Under the pieces are notes generated by a model. That model ran no database searches and was not told the DNA's origin. It saw only the letters and a program-made list of their open reading frames with translations. A stretch of DNA of 64,000 nucleotides. It comes from an uncultured bacterium (GTDB lineage: Bacteria > Krumholzibacteriota > Krumholzibacteriia > WVZY01 > JAKEHA01). The stretch covers positions 1,368 to 65,367 of the forward strand of contig CBDUWU010000001.1 in assembly GCA_965371015.1 (NCBI GenBank). Reading direction: 5' to 3'. Positions 1-9,755 of the stretch are shown here, one piece after another; the first letter of the stretch is position 1; each line of letters opens with the position of its first letter. The translations under genes were made by a program, and so were the position numbers.

Positions 1-621
1 ATGCGAAGTCTCGTGATCAACGATGTGAAGCGGGCGTTGTCCGACCTTCCCACGGCCGGAGAGCCGGTCGTAGAAGCGGAATTCCTGGAAGCCGGTTTCA
101 TGGATCCGGAGGGACGGGCGCCGGACGACAAACACGCGCGCAAGTTCGAGGAGGGGTTCATCCGGACTGAAGCCACGGCGTTTATCGACATCGAGGGAGT
201 TACGCCGGAGCAGGCGCTGAAGATATACGCGTCTGCGGAATTCCGCATGGACGTGTCTTCCCGGATCAAACGCATATACGACGACGGAGGCTCGAGCTGT
301 ATAGAGGTCAAGGGCGTCAAGGCGCTGCTCTCACCAGTGTTTTACTGCAATGAGGTGGTGGAGCTGGTAGAGCCGGGGCTGGCCTCGGAACATTCGCAGG
401 TGGTCTCGAATCCGGGTGACGGGGATTACCAGACGGTGTACTTCAAGGAAAGCGTGAAGACATTTGTTGCTGTGCCCGGCGGGCTTGCGTATCACTACAT
501 CAATTATATCCGCGCCGTGAAACTGGGCAGTATCAAGAAGAGTTTCGGGCGCGGCAAGATAGAGGATTCCGAGAAAGACAAGTTAACGGAACTTTACCGC
601 CGACTCTCGGATGGAAGCTGA
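1..621 (+). CDS. hypothetical protein (ORF opens at window edge, may be 5' truncated)
   Basis: 206-aa ORF from position 1; no motif recognised; its stop overlaps the next gene start by 11 bp. Confidence 0.4.
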   Translation: MRSLVINDVKRALSDLPTAGEPVVEAEFLEAGFMDPEGRAPDDKHARKFEEGFIRTEATAFIDIEGVTPEQALKIYASAEFRMDVSSRIKRIYDDGGSSCIEVKGVKALLSPVFYCNEVVELVEPGLASEHSQVVSNPGDGDYQTVYFKESVKTFVAVPGGLAYHYINYIRAVKLGSIKKSFGRGKIEDSEKDKLTELYRRLSDGS

Positions 622-2602
622 CCGCGTCAACCGCTTGTCCCGGCTTTCACTCGGGCGCGCCGACCTCGTGGCCACCGCCACACTCGCCGCGGCCGGCGTC
701 GTCATTGCCTGGCCGGTGTTGACCGGCGGGTATCTCACCTACCTCGATAACCCCGCCCACCTGGCCGAAGTGGGCGCCGCCGCGTTCGAGGCGTTCAACG
801 GCTGGTCGGAAACCGCGTTCTGCGGCTTTCCCGTGTCGACGCTGCATTCGCCCCTGTGGTACGGCGTGCTGTCGGCACTCACCCGTGCGGGCGTTTCGCC
901 CTTCACACTATATGCGTTGTTCGTGTGGCTGGGTTTTGTCGCGCCACCGCTGGCGCTGTACTCGGTGGCGCGGAGGGCGTTGCCGCCGCTCACCGCCGCC
1001 GTGTTGGCGTTTGTGCTCCTCGTGCAACGCCCCGCGATTGTCGGGATCGGATCGGCGCCGGGCGGGATGTGGACCTTCTACATCGCCGCGGCGGCGCTGG
1101 TCGTGCTGATCGATCGTCTGGCGCGTCCCTGCAGGTCGATGCGCGACGCGGCCGCGATCGCCTCGCTGGTTGGTTTCATCGTCGTCACGCACCTCTACGC
1201 CGTCGTACCACTGGCGCTTATCGCCGTGATCCACGCGTGGACGGTGTTGGGAAAGCGCAAGGGCGGGGAGCACGGGTTGACGTGGCAGGCCCTCGCCGCC
1301 GCCGCGGGAATCCCGGCTGCGGCCGTTTACTGGGCGCCGCTGTTGATGGCGAGGGGAACCTCGTGGTTCGAGCCGCAAAACCTCGCCGGGTCCATGGTGA
1401 TGGCGCGGCTGGCCGTGCCGACGCATGCGCTCGACCTGGTCCAGGGGCACACCGCCGGAATATCCCCGGGGTTGATCGCGGGCGCGCTGCCCATGCTCGC
1501 GCTGCTCGCGGCCGGTGTCGCGGGTATCGCTTTTCTGGGGCGTCGGAGCGACGACACGCCGCTGTACGGGGCTTTGACCGCGGCGGTCCTGCTCACACTC
1601 CTGGTCTTTGTCACCGGGGAGTTCGACGTCAAACTGCTGGGGCCGGGCAGCTGGCGGATGCTCTACTTTGTCCGGCTGGGACTGGCATTGGCCGCGATCC
1701 CGTATCTAGCCCACGTGTCCAGGCGGCCGGTGTTTCGAGTTCGCTTTCCGGCCTGGATGTTGCCGCTTCCGGTGGCCGTCGCGTTAATGATTGCGTTTCA
1801 GGCGGGTGCTCCGTTGCGGGCTGCCGTCCCCGACCCGGCCGGAAACGAAATGGACGAGGTTCGCGCGCTGTGGAAGTGGCTGGAGGAGAACAGGCAGGAA
1901 GGCTGGGGCAGGGTGTACGTACAGGACACCTTTGAAAAGCCGCGAGCGGGAGTCGAACTGAGCCAGTCGCACGTGCTCGCGCTGACCGCGCGTGAAACGG
2001 GCGTTCGCCAGCTCGGCGCGACGTACGGGGTCGTGCCCTATCTGACGGCGCGCTGGACTCCGAGCGAGTTTGGAACTCTGTTCCGCGGGATCGTCAGGGA
2101 CACCGGCGACGTAGTCCGCGTCATCGACTGGATGCGGCTCGCGAACGCCACCCACGTGGTGACTTCGGATACGAGTACCGCCCGCACGCTCGCCGTCTCT
2201 GGACAATTCGAGGAACTGTTCGCCGTCGGACGATTCAACGTGCTGCGCGCGAGTGCGATCGGGAGCGAGTGGGTTACGGCTGAGGGCACCGGTGTCGAGA
2301 CGCTCTGGGCGCGATTCGAGACCGGGCGTTACCGGATGCGGCTCAGGGGTGACGGATCCGGCAGTGTGGTGGTCAGGAGTTCGTACCATCCGTTCTGGCG
2401 CGTCGCCGGGCCCGACAGAATCGGTGTGAACGTCGAAGATACCGGTCTCATGCGGCTCGTCGATCTTCCCCCCGGCGAAGCCGAAGTGTCGATGACGTTC
2501 CTGCCGCCGGTGTGGCCGCTCCTGCTGTCCGCCTGCAGCTGGTTTGTCATCGCGGCCGTGTGGGTGGTTGCCGGGCCGGGACGGAAGCGCAGAAAAGCTT
2601 GA
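611..2602 (+). CDS. integral membrane protein, ~10+ predicted TM helices in N-terminal 400 aa plus ~260-aa soluble C-terminal domain (unknown family, possibly a GT-C-like glycosyltransferase)
   Basis: 663-aa ORF; long hydrophobic stretches (LVATATLAAAGVVIAWPVL, LYALFVWLGFVAPPLALYSV, others); hydrophilic C-terminal third. Confidence 0.5.
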   Translation: MEADRVNRLSRLSLGRADLVATATLAAAGVVIAWPVLTGGYLTYLDNPAHLAEVGAAAFEAFNGWSETAFCGFPVSTLHSPLWYGVLSALTRAGVSPFTLYALFVWLGFVAPPLALYSVARRALPPLTAAVLAFVLLVQRPAIVGIGSAPGGMWTFYIAAAALVVLIDRLARPCRSMRDAAAIASLVGFIVVTHLYAVVPLALIAVIHAWTVLGKRKGGEHGLTWQALAAAAGIPAAAVYWAPLLMARGTSWFEPQNLAGSMVMARLAVPTHALDLVQGHTAGISPGLIAGALPMLALLAAGVAGIAFLGRRSDDTPLYGALTAAVLLTLLVFVTGEFDVKLLGPGSWRMLYFVRLGLALAAIPYLAHVSRRPVFRVRFPAWMLPLPVAVALMIAFQAGAPLRAAVPDPAGNEMDEVRALWKWLEENRQEGWGRVYVQDTFEKPRAGVELSQSHVLALTARETGVRQLGATYGVVPYLTARWTPSEFGTLFRGIVRDTGDVVRVIDWMRLANATHVVTSDTSTARTLAVSGQFEELFAVGRFNVLRASAIGSEWVTAEGTGVETLWARFETGRYRMRLRGDGSGSVVVRSSYHPFWRVAGPDRIGVNVEDTGLMRLVDLPPGEAEVSMTFLPPVWPLLLSACSWFVIAAVWVVAGPGRKRRKA

Positions 2603-2650
2603 GATTTGGCGGGCGGATTTTGCTATCATTCGAGCTTGTGCAAATTCTCA

Positions 2651-2680
2651 TTGAAAACAAGGGAACTCATATCCTACAAT
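2651..2680 (+). promoter_or_regulatory. candidate sigma70-type promoter TTGAAA-18-TACAAT upstream of the ABC/Gld operon
   Basis: TTGAAA at 2651-2656 and TACAAT at 2675-2680 in a relatively AT-rich 170-bp intergenic region ~100 nt before the ATPase start. Confidence 0.3.
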
Positions 2681-2779
2681 CGGTGTTTGTAATCGTGTGT
2701 CCATCCTGACTGAACGCAGACGCGGCCGATTGGGGTGGACTTTTGGTATCGCTACAGGTCAGACAAAATGAGGAGAAAC

Positions 2780-3529
2780 ATGACTGACTCGTCACCCAGA
2801 ATCATGATCGAAGCGAAGGGGCTGTCGAAGTATTACGGCCCGTTCGTCGCGATCAAGGATATTACTTTTTCCATACCGGAGGGGCAGATCGTCGCGTTTC
2901 TGGGGCCCAACGGGGCTGGCAAGTCCACCACCATGAAAATCCTCAGCGGTTATCTCGCCCAGAGCGAGGGCAGCGCGAAGATCGCCGGTTTCGACGTCAC
3001 CAACCGGCGCCTCGATGCGGCCAGACACCTCGGGTACCTGCCCGAGAACGGCCCTCTATACAATGACATGACGCCGTCGGAATTGCTGAAATTCTTCGGC
3101 GAGGCCCGCGGACTTGCCGACGACCGTCTCGCCGGGAGGCTCGCCATCGTTGCCGAGCAGTGCGCTATCCGGGACGTGTGGGAAAAGCCGATCGGCAAGC
3201 TCTCGCGGGGGTACCGGCAGCGCGTCGGCCTGGCGCAGGCGCTCCTGCACGACCCCGACGTGCTGATAATGGACGAGCCCACCGCCGGTCTCGACCCCAA
3301 CCAGATCCGCGATTTCCGTAAGAACATCAGGGCCCTCGCCGTCTCCAAGACCATTCTGATTTCGACGCATATCCTTCAGGAGGTCGATGCGGTGGCGGAC
3401 CGGCTGCTGCTCGTGCACGACGGCTCGCTGCTCTTTGACGGGACACCCGACGATTTGATGGAATCGGGGTCGCTGGAAGAACCTTTCTACCGCCTCACAC
3501 ATACTGTCGAGGGGGGTGATGGGCGATGA
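2780..3529 (+). CDS. ABC transporter ATP-binding protein, GldA-like (ABC-2 type)
   Basis: Walker A GPNGAGKSTTMKIL, signature LSRGYRQRVGLAQAL, Walker B LIMDEPTAGLD; AGGAGA RBS 5 nt before ATG at 2780; stop overlaps next gene start. Confidence 0.85.
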   Translation: MTDSSPRIMIEAKGLSKYYGPFVAIKDITFSIPEGQIVAFLGPNGAGKSTTMKILSGYLAQSEGSAKIAGFDVTNRRLDAARHLGYLPENGPLYNDMTPSELLKFFGEARGLADDRLAGRLAIVAEQCAIRDVWEKPIGKLSRGYRQRVGLAQALLHDPDVLIMDEPTAGLDPNQIRDFRKNIRALAVSKTILISTHILQEVDAVADRLLLVHDGSLLFDGTPDDLMESGSLEEPFYRLTHTVEGGDGR

Positions 3530-6174
3530 AGATCAACTGGACCATCATCAAGGCGATTTCACGACGCGACCTGAGACTGTATTTCAGTAATCCCACCGGA
3601 TACGTATTTATAACGCTGTTCATCTTCCTGAGCGCGGCGGCGGCGTTCTGGCGCGAACGCTTTTTTTTGAACAACCTCGCCAACCTGGACCAGTTAAACG
3701 ATGTATTTCCCTTTCTGCTCCTGTTTTTTATCCCCGCCATTACGATGGGGGTCTGGGCGGACGAACGGCGACAGGGAACCGACGAGTTGTTACTCACGTT
3801 GCCCGCGACGAATCTGGAAGTGGTCCTCGGCAAGTATTTCTCCACGCTGGGTATTTATACGGCGGCCGTGCTGCTGTCTCTGAGCCACCTCGTGGTCCTC
3901 TTCTGGCTGGGCAAGCCCGACCTGGGGTTGATGTTGTCCAACTACATGGGATACTGGCTCATCGGCGCGGCGTTCATTTCGATCGGGATGCTGGCGTCGC
4001 TGTTGAGTTTCAATGCGACCGTGGCGTTCATTCTTGGGGCGATATTCTGTGCCGGACTCGTTTACATAGAGCCGATACTCGGCGTGTTCGGCAGAGACGC
4101 CGAGTCGATGGTCTCCAGTATCGCCGTATTTCCGCACCTCGATGACCTGACCAGGGGCGTCGTCAGCCTGAGCGCGGTCGTTTATTTTCTTTCGATTACC
4201 GGTTTGCTGCTGTATCTCAACGTGGTTCTGCTGGGACGGCGGCACTGGCCACAGGAGACGGGCAGACTTCGGATGGGTGCCCACCAGTCGGTCCGGGTGC
4301 TGGCGCTGGTCGTTGCGCTCATCGCGTTCAATACCCTTCTCGGGCGGGGAAGCGTCCGCGTCGACATGACCGCGGAGCGCCTCCACACGCTGTCCAGCGA
4401 AACCCGCACGCTGATCTCGGAGATCTCCGTCGACAGGCCCGTGTTCGTGCAGGCTTATATCAGCCCGGAAGTCCCGCGCAACTATGTACAGGCGCGGCGT
4501 GACCTCGTCGACTACCTCAAGGACATCGCCGCCGTCGGTGGAGACCGGGTGAAGCTGGTGATACACGACGTGGAGCCGTACAGTGAAGAGGCGAGAGAAG
4601 CGAGGGACAAGTTTGGAATCATGGCGATGGAGGTTCCGGGAATCGAAGGCAGCCGGGCGAACGTCTCGACCGTCTTCATGGGCGTGGCCTTCACGTGTGG
4701 AGCAGAAGAGGATATCATTCCGTTCTTCGACCGCGGCCTGCCCGTCGAATACGAGTTGGCGCGAAGCATACGGGTCGTCGCCCGGACGCAACGCAAACGG
4801 ATCGGCGTTGTGACGACGCAAGCCAATATTTTCGGCGGATTCGATTTCAACACTTTTGCCAGCAAGCCGGTGTGGTCCGTGGTAGAAGAGCTGGAGAAGC
4901 AGTACGAAGTACTGCAGATAACGGCGGCCGATTCGATGACTGAGACCCTGGACGGTCTGCTCGTCGCGCTTCCGTCGTCGCTATCCCAGGAAGAACTGGA
5001 CAATCTCCAGTCCTTCATCGAACTCGGCATGCCGACGCTGTTGCTGGTCGACCCGTTGCCCATCGTCGAGATCGGCCTCTCGCCCTCGGAGGACGCGGGG
5101 GCAAACGTCAACCCGTTCATGCGTAACCGGGGGCCGCAGCCCAAGCCGAAAGGCGACATTCAGGTTTTTCTGCAGAACCTGGGTGTTGGCTGGAACAAGG
5201 CCCAGATCATCTGGGACGCTTACAACCCCCACCCCGACCTCGCGAACGTTCGGCCCGAGATTGCGTTTATCGGCAGGGGAAACAAGAATCCCGACTCGTT
5301 CAACGACGGCTTTCCCGCCGTGGCCGGGTTGCAGGAGCTGGTGCTTCTGTTCCCGGGCACGGTGAACAAGACGCAGTCGCCCGATTTCACGTTCGAGCCG
5401 TTGGTCAGGACGAGCAAGGTGTCGGGCACGCTGCACTATAACCAGGTCGTGCAACGGTCGTTCTTTGGTGTGGGGCTGGCGCCGGGCAATATCCCGCACT
5501 ACCCGACCGGCGGTGATTACGTGCTCGCCGCCCGCGTTCACAGCGCGTCGGCCGAAGAAGGGGGAATCCATGTAATCGTCCTTGCCGATCTGGATTTCAT
5601 CTCGGAGCAGTTCTTCGAGATTCGCAAACGGGGAATCGAAAATCTCAATTTCGACAACATATCGTTTTTCCTCAATTGTATCGACGTCCTCGTCGGCGAC
5701 GACTCGTTCATCGCGCTCCGCAACCGCCGTGTCAAGCACCGCACGCTGACCACGGTGGAGGAAAAAGTCAGGGCATTCGCGGAGATACGTGCCGTCGAGG
5801 AACAGCAGGCCGAGATGGAAGCGCAGCGTGCGCTGTCTCAGGCCCAGCAACGGCTCGACAAGAATGTCGCCGAGGTAAGGATGCGCGATGATCTCGACGA
5901 GCAGACGAAGAGCATCATGGCGAGGAACCTGCAGGAGGTCGAGAACCGGCGTCTGGAGGCGGCCAAGTCGTCGATCGAATCAGAGCGAAACGTAAAGATC
6001 GAACGCAGCGAGGAAGCCATGGAAACACAGGTACGCGCGATACAGAGCAATATCAAGACGCTCGCCGGATTGCTTCCGCCAATCCCCGTGTTTGCGCTGG
6101 GCGTGCTGATTTTTCTCAAACGGCGGCGCCGCGAAAAAGAGGGCGCGGCAGCGGCAAGAAGGTTGAGGAGTTAG
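3526..6174 (+). CDS. fused ABC-2 permease (GldF-like, N-terminal ~240 aa, 6 TM) and GldG-like auxiliary domain (C-terminal ~640 aa) with coiled-coil and C-terminal TM anchor
   Basis: N-terminal hydrophobic ABC-2 permease-like region, then a large extracytoplasmic domain of GldG/ABC-type-uncharacterised-transport-system type; C-terminal coiled coil and TM (PPIPVFALGVLIFLKRRRRE). Confidence 0.75.
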   Translation: MKINWTIIKAISRRDLRLYFSNPTGYVFITLFIFLSAAAAFWRERFFLNNLANLDQLNDVFPFLLLFFIPAITMGVWADERRQGTDELLLTLPATNLEVVLGKYFSTLGIYTAAVLLSLSHLVVLFWLGKPDLGLMLSNYMGYWLIGAAFISIGMLASLLSFNATVAFILGAIFCAGLVYIEPILGVFGRDAESMVSSIAVFPHLDDLTRGVVSLSAVVYFLSITGLLLYLNVVLLGRRHWPQETGRLRMGAHQSVRVLALVVALIAFNTLLGRGSVRVDMTAERLHTLSSETRTLISEISVDRPVFVQAYISPEVPRNYVQARRDLVDYLKDIAAVGGDRVKLVIHDVEPYSEEAREARDKFGIMAMEVPGIEGSRANVSTVFMGVAFTCGAEEDIIPFFDRGLPVEYELARSIRVVARTQRKRIGVVTTQANIFGGFDFNTFASKPVWSVVEELEKQYEVLQITAADSMTETLDGLLVALPSSLSQEELDNLQSFIELGMPTLLLVDPLPIVEIGLSPSEDAGANVNPFMRNRGPQPKPKGDIQVFLQNLGVGWNKAQIIWDAYNPHPDLANVRPEIAFIGRGNKNPDSFNDGFPAVAGLQELVLLFPGTVNKTQSPDFTFEPLVRTSKVSGTLHYNQVVQRSFFGVGLAPGNIPHYPTGGDYVLAARVHSASAEEGGIHVIVLADLDFISEQFFEIRKRGIENLNFDNISFFLNCIDVLVGDDSFIALRNRRVKHRTLTTVEEKVRAFAEIRAVEEQQAEMEAQRALSQAQQRLDKNVAEVRMRDDLDEQTKSIMARNLQEVENRRLEAAKSSIESERNVKIERSEEAMETQVRAIQSNIKTLAGLLPPIPVFALGVLIFLKRRRREKEGAAAARRLRS

Positions 6175-6176
6175 CC

Positions 6177-7550
6177 ATGAGCCAGACAAGAATTACAATC
6201 GTGTTTGTCGCCGTCGCAACCGTGCTGGTACTGCTGGCCATCGTGACGGTGCCGAAGCAGGAGATGCCGGACGCGTTCTCCGACCTGGGTGAAGAGTTCT
6301 TTCCGGAGTTTACCGATCCCAACGTGGCCAGGACACTGGAAGTGATCGACTACGACGAAGAGACCGGTTCGGCTATCCCGTTCAAGGTGACGTTCCGGGA
6401 CGGGCGGTGGACGATCCCTTCCCACTACGATTACCCCGCGGACGGGGAAGACCGTCTCGCCCGCACGGCGGCCGGGCTTATCGGCATCGCCAAGGATGAT
6501 TTCCGAACCGACAACCCGGCGGACTTCGCCGCGTGCGGCGTGATCGACCCGCTGGACGAGTCCGTCGTCGAGCTGATCGGCCGCGGCAAGCGGGTGACGA
6601 TCAAGGGTGAAAATGACGTCATTCTTGCCGACCTGATCATCGGTAAATCGTACGAGGATCGCGAGAATTTCCACCTCGTGAGGGTGCCGGGACAAAAACG
6701 GGTTTACGGCTCGCTGCTCGATGTGGATATCTCGACCACTTTCAGCGACTGGATCGAATCGGACCTGTTAAAAGTCGATAAAGATGAGATTCAATCGGTG
6801 AACCTGCAGGACTATTCGATCAACGAAATCACAAAAAAGATCGAAACGCGGGACGATATGCTTTTGATCAAGCAGGACGACGACACCTGGACGGCGACCG
6901 GTATGACGGATAACCAGGAAGTAGACCGATACAAAGCGGACAACTTCCTCAAATCCCTCGATGAGCTGGCGATCGTGGGAGTGCGACCCAAGCCCGAAGG
7001 GCTGAGCGCTACGCTGCAACGAACGAGCGGCCAGGTGCAGATTACCACGAACGACCTGATGTCGCTCCAGAGCAAGGGGTTCTACTTCACCGGTGACGGC
7101 AAGCTGCGCTCGAACGAAGGCGAACTCCAGGCCACGACGTCTCAGGGGGTGAGCTACACGCTGCGGTTCGGAGAGGTGGCGTTCGGAACGGGTATCGACG
7201 TGACCGCCGGTGCGGACACGGAACGAGAGGCCGGGGGGGCGGGCGAAAACCGCTACCTGATGATCACCACGAGTTTCGACGCGGCGATGTTTCCCGAACC
7301 GCCGTTGCCCGAAAACAAGAACTACCTGCAGAAGCCGGACAGCATGTGGACGGCGAACGACCACGGGATGAAAAACATCCAGTCGCGACACGACGAGTGG
7401 GCGCGAAGCCTGGCCGAGGGACGCCGGGTGTCCGACGAACTAAACTCGAGATTCGCGCGCTGGTACTATGTGATTTCCGCCGAAAGTTACGAGAAGATCC
7501 GGCTTACCCGCGCCGATCTCATCAAGGACAAGCCCGAACCCCGCGGCTGA
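6177..7550 (+). CDS. DUF4340-like protein (commonly partnered with GldG-family proteins), N-terminal signal anchor
   Basis: 457 aa; N-terminal TM IVFVAVATVLVLLAIV; starts 3 nt after the GldFG stop; family assignment from memory of typical GldG neighbours. Confidence 0.55.
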   Translation: MSQTRITIVFVAVATVLVLLAIVTVPKQEMPDAFSDLGEEFFPEFTDPNVARTLEVIDYDEETGSAIPFKVTFRDGRWTIPSHYDYPADGEDRLARTAAGLIGIAKDDFRTDNPADFAACGVIDPLDESVVELIGRGKRVTIKGENDVILADLIIGKSYEDRENFHLVRVPGQKRVYGSLLDVDISTTFSDWIESDLLKVDKDEIQSVNLQDYSINEITKKIETRDDMLLIKQDDDTWTATGMTDNQEVDRYKADNFLKSLDELAIVGVRPKPEGLSATLQRTSGQVQITTNDLMSLQSKGFYFTGDGKLRSNEGELQATTSQGVSYTLRFGEVAFGTGIDVTAGADTEREAGGAGENRYLMITTSFDAAMFPEPPLPENKNYLQKPDSMWTANDHGMKNIQSRHDEWARSLAEGRRVSDELNSRFARWYYVISAESYEKIRLTRADLIKDKPEPRG

Positions 7551-7582
7551 GTCCCGCCCGGGCGCTGACGAGAACAAAAAAA

Positions 7583-7610
7583 GGACCGGTTCACACCGGT
7601 CCTTTTTTTT
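7583..7610. terminator. bidirectional rho-independent terminator shared by the convergent ABC operon and the ferredoxin gene
   Basis: GGACCGGT-tcac-ACCGGTCC perfect 8-bp stem followed by T8, and preceded by A7 on the other side. Confidence 0.75.
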
Positions 7611-7631
7611 GTTAATTCTTCGAGCGGTCGG

Positions 7632-7937
7632 TCAGAAGCCGAGCTCGGCCTTCCGGGCATCGGCGCCTGGATAGGGATCCTCCTTGTCCGTTATCACGGG
7701 GAGCCCAGGGGCCTTTTCGGCATTGACGGCGATCCACTTCTGCTGCTCTTCCGGCACGTCCTCTTCCGGAAAAATCGCTTCCACCGGGCACTCGGGAGCG
7801 CAAGCGTCGCAATCGATGCACGCCTCCGGGTCAATGTACATCATCGTCTCGTCGGCGTGGAAGCAATCCACCGGACACACGACGACACAATCCGTAAATC
7901 GACACCTCTCACAATTTCCTGTCACGACGTAGGCCAT
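7632..7937 (-). CDS. ferredoxin (7Fe / 2-cluster bacterial type)
   Basis: 101 aa with CERCRFTDCVVVCP and CIDCDACAPECP cysteine motifs. Confidence 0.9.
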   Translation of the reverse strand: MAYVVTGNCERCRFTDCVVVCPVDCFHADETMMYIDPEACIDCDACAPECPVEAIFPEEDVPEEQQKWIAVNAEKAPGLPVITDKEDPYPGADARKAELGF

Positions 7938-8003
7938 TTCGTACTCCTTTACCCATGATGATGATTAGTAATTGAAAGATTCTATGGTCGCGGGACCCGC
8001 CCG

Positions 8004-8444
8004 TCAAGATCGAATCGCCCGTGCCCGCCATACGAAACCGGCGAGGAGCAGGATTGCGGCTCCGCCGAGGACCATCAACTTCCGGTTCAGATTTTTCCTG
8101 GCGGCCGCTTCGGCGCGCTTGCGCTTCCTGAATATGCGTTCTGTCTCGCGGCTCTCCGCTTCCAACTTGTAGAGTTGCTTCCGGAATACTTCCGCTCTTC
8201 GCTGGTATTCGCCGGCCAACTGCATTCTCAGGGTGTCGGGGACTTCCGACATTCCTTCCATGAGGGCCCTGTATTTCAGGTTCACCTCACCAATCCGCGT
8301 GCGGACATCCTCGGCCTCGGCTTTCTGCTCGTGAAACGCGGTGTTTACTTCGCGCAGTTCGTTCCATGCCCGGTAAGAGGTCACTGCCGCAACTATCGCG
8401 GCCCCCGCCAGAATGACCAGAAGTATGCCCGTGAATATTTTCAT
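8004..8444 (-). CDS. hypothetical membrane protein: TM - coiled-coil - TM
   Basis: start taken at MKIFTGILLVILAGAAIVAAV (index 18 of the ORF); central charged coiled-coil; C-terminal TM LMVLGGAAILLLAGFVW. Confidence 0.5.
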   Translation of the reverse strand: MKIFTGILLVILAGAAIVAAVTSYRAWNELREVNTAFHEQKAEAEDVRTRIGEVNLKYRALMEGMSEVPDTLRMQLAGEYQRRAEVFRKQLYKLEAESRETERIFRKRKRAEAAARKNLNRKLMVLGGAAILLLAGFVWRARAIRS

Positions 8445-8475
8445 CGTGGTAGTCCTTGGAACAACTATACAGAAA

Positions 8476-9579
8476 TCAGGTTCCAGGTTGAATGTCAAGT
8501 CCCGTCAATTCGTCGAACAGCTTTTTGACCGGCCGCATACACTCCTGCCATTCCGCCCGGGTTTTTACCAGTTCCAGGTTGGCCCGGATCGCGCGTTCCC
8601 GGAGCGGGGTGTCTTTCCACGCCTCGATGATCGACAAGGCGAGCTGCATCGGTTGCCGGACCGGCACCAGTCGCCCGTTGACGCCGTCCTCGATCCACTC
8701 GCGGTTGGCGGGGATGTCGCTCACGATCGGAAACAAACCGCATGCCATCGCCTCGAGCAGCGATACCGACGTGGTATCGGACAGCGCTGTCGAGACGTAT
8801 ATATGGTGATCCTTCAGAAGCGCGGGCACCCGGTCGTGGTCGACGTTGCCCACGAATACGATCGCACGCCGGGCGATCGACCGTTCAGCGCACGCGGTCA
8901 GGTCCGCCCGCAGCTCTCCGTCTCCCGCAACGGTAAGCATCGCGTCGTGGAACGATTCGCGCACAGCGGAAAATGCATCGATTACCGTGGTTACACTGTA
9001 CACCGGGGCCAATTTGCGGTTACTGAGAATCCGCGGCCCCCTTTCCAGAAGATCGGTCCTCGGACCGAACTTGTCCAGGTCGACCCCGAACGGAAAAGTG
9101 ATCACGTTATCGGCCGGGACCCCCATCGCCACGATTTTTTCCGTCATCACGCGAGCGTCCGACGTGATGCGCGTCGCCCGGCGCAGGACGTGCCTGGTCC
9201 GGAAGCGGTGAAACGGGCTTTTTCCCGGATCGGTCATAATATCGCTGCCCCACGTGCTCATAACCCACGGCTTGCGTCCCGCGATCGCCGCGATCATGCC
9301 GTAGTTCGGCACAAAATGCGCGTTGATTACGTGCGGATCGAACCGGCGTATCATGTCCTTCACCGCCGGGACGGCGAGGAGATAGCGCACGAAATGCGGT
9401 AGAAAAACAGGTATGCGCAGGTGACGGATATGGCCGGGGTAGCGGTCCGGCCGCTCCAGGGAAAAAGACGCCACCTCGTACCCCGCGTCGATGAAGTACT
9501 CCGCCCAGCGCTGGAGGTGCACCTGGCGCGCGTCCCCCATCAAAAGCAGGCGCGGCTTATTAATCGCGGTCGACGGCAT
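8476..9579 (-). CDS. glycosyltransferase, GT4 (GT-B fold) family
   Basis: 367 aa; C-terminal EAMACGLFPIVSDIPANREWIEDGVNGRLV matches the GT4 EX7E sugar-donor motif region. Confidence 0.8.
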   Translation of the reverse strand: MPSTAINKPRLLLMGDARQVHLQRWAEYFIDAGYEVASFSLERPDRYPGHIRHLRIPVFLPHFVRYLLAVPAVKDMIRRFDPHVINAHFVPNYGMIAAIAGRKPWVMSTWGSDIMTDPGKSPFHRFRTRHVLRRATRITSDARVMTEKIVAMGVPADNVITFPFGVDLDKFGPRTDLLERGPRILSNRKLAPVYSVTTVIDAFSAVRESFHDAMLTVAGDGELRADLTACAERSIARRAIVFVGNVDHDRVPALLKDHHIYVSTALSDTTSVSLLEAMACGLFPIVSDIPANREWIEDGVNGRLVPVRQPMQLALSIIEAWKDTPLRERAIRANLELVKTRAEWQECMRPVKKLFDELTGLDIQPGT

Positions 9580-9678
9580 TACCGGATAGTGTATTGCGAG
9601 ATCACGCGTGTGTCAAAGATTCGTTGGGGAAGGGAGTTGTGATCGGAGGCGAAGCGGTGAAAATGCCCTTTACCGCGG

Positions 9679-9707
9679 TTGACACACGGGTACGCGGGGC
9701 GTAATCT
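9679..9707 (+). promoter_or_regulatory. candidate promoter TTGACA-17-TAATCT in the divergent intergenic region, oriented toward the lipoprotein gene
   Basis: TTGACA 9679-9684, 17-nt spacer, TAATCT 9702-9707; ~50 nt upstream of ATG 9756. Confidence 0.35.
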
Positions 9708-9755
9708 GGCCCTACGCGATCCGACCAGTACAGTACCCGGAAGGGAAGGTTTTTA

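Noticed and set aside
856-1935. 359-aa plus-strand ORF in an alternative frame
   Set aside because: Lies inside the 663-aa membrane-protein ORF in another frame; Arg/Gly-rich, no TM or motifs
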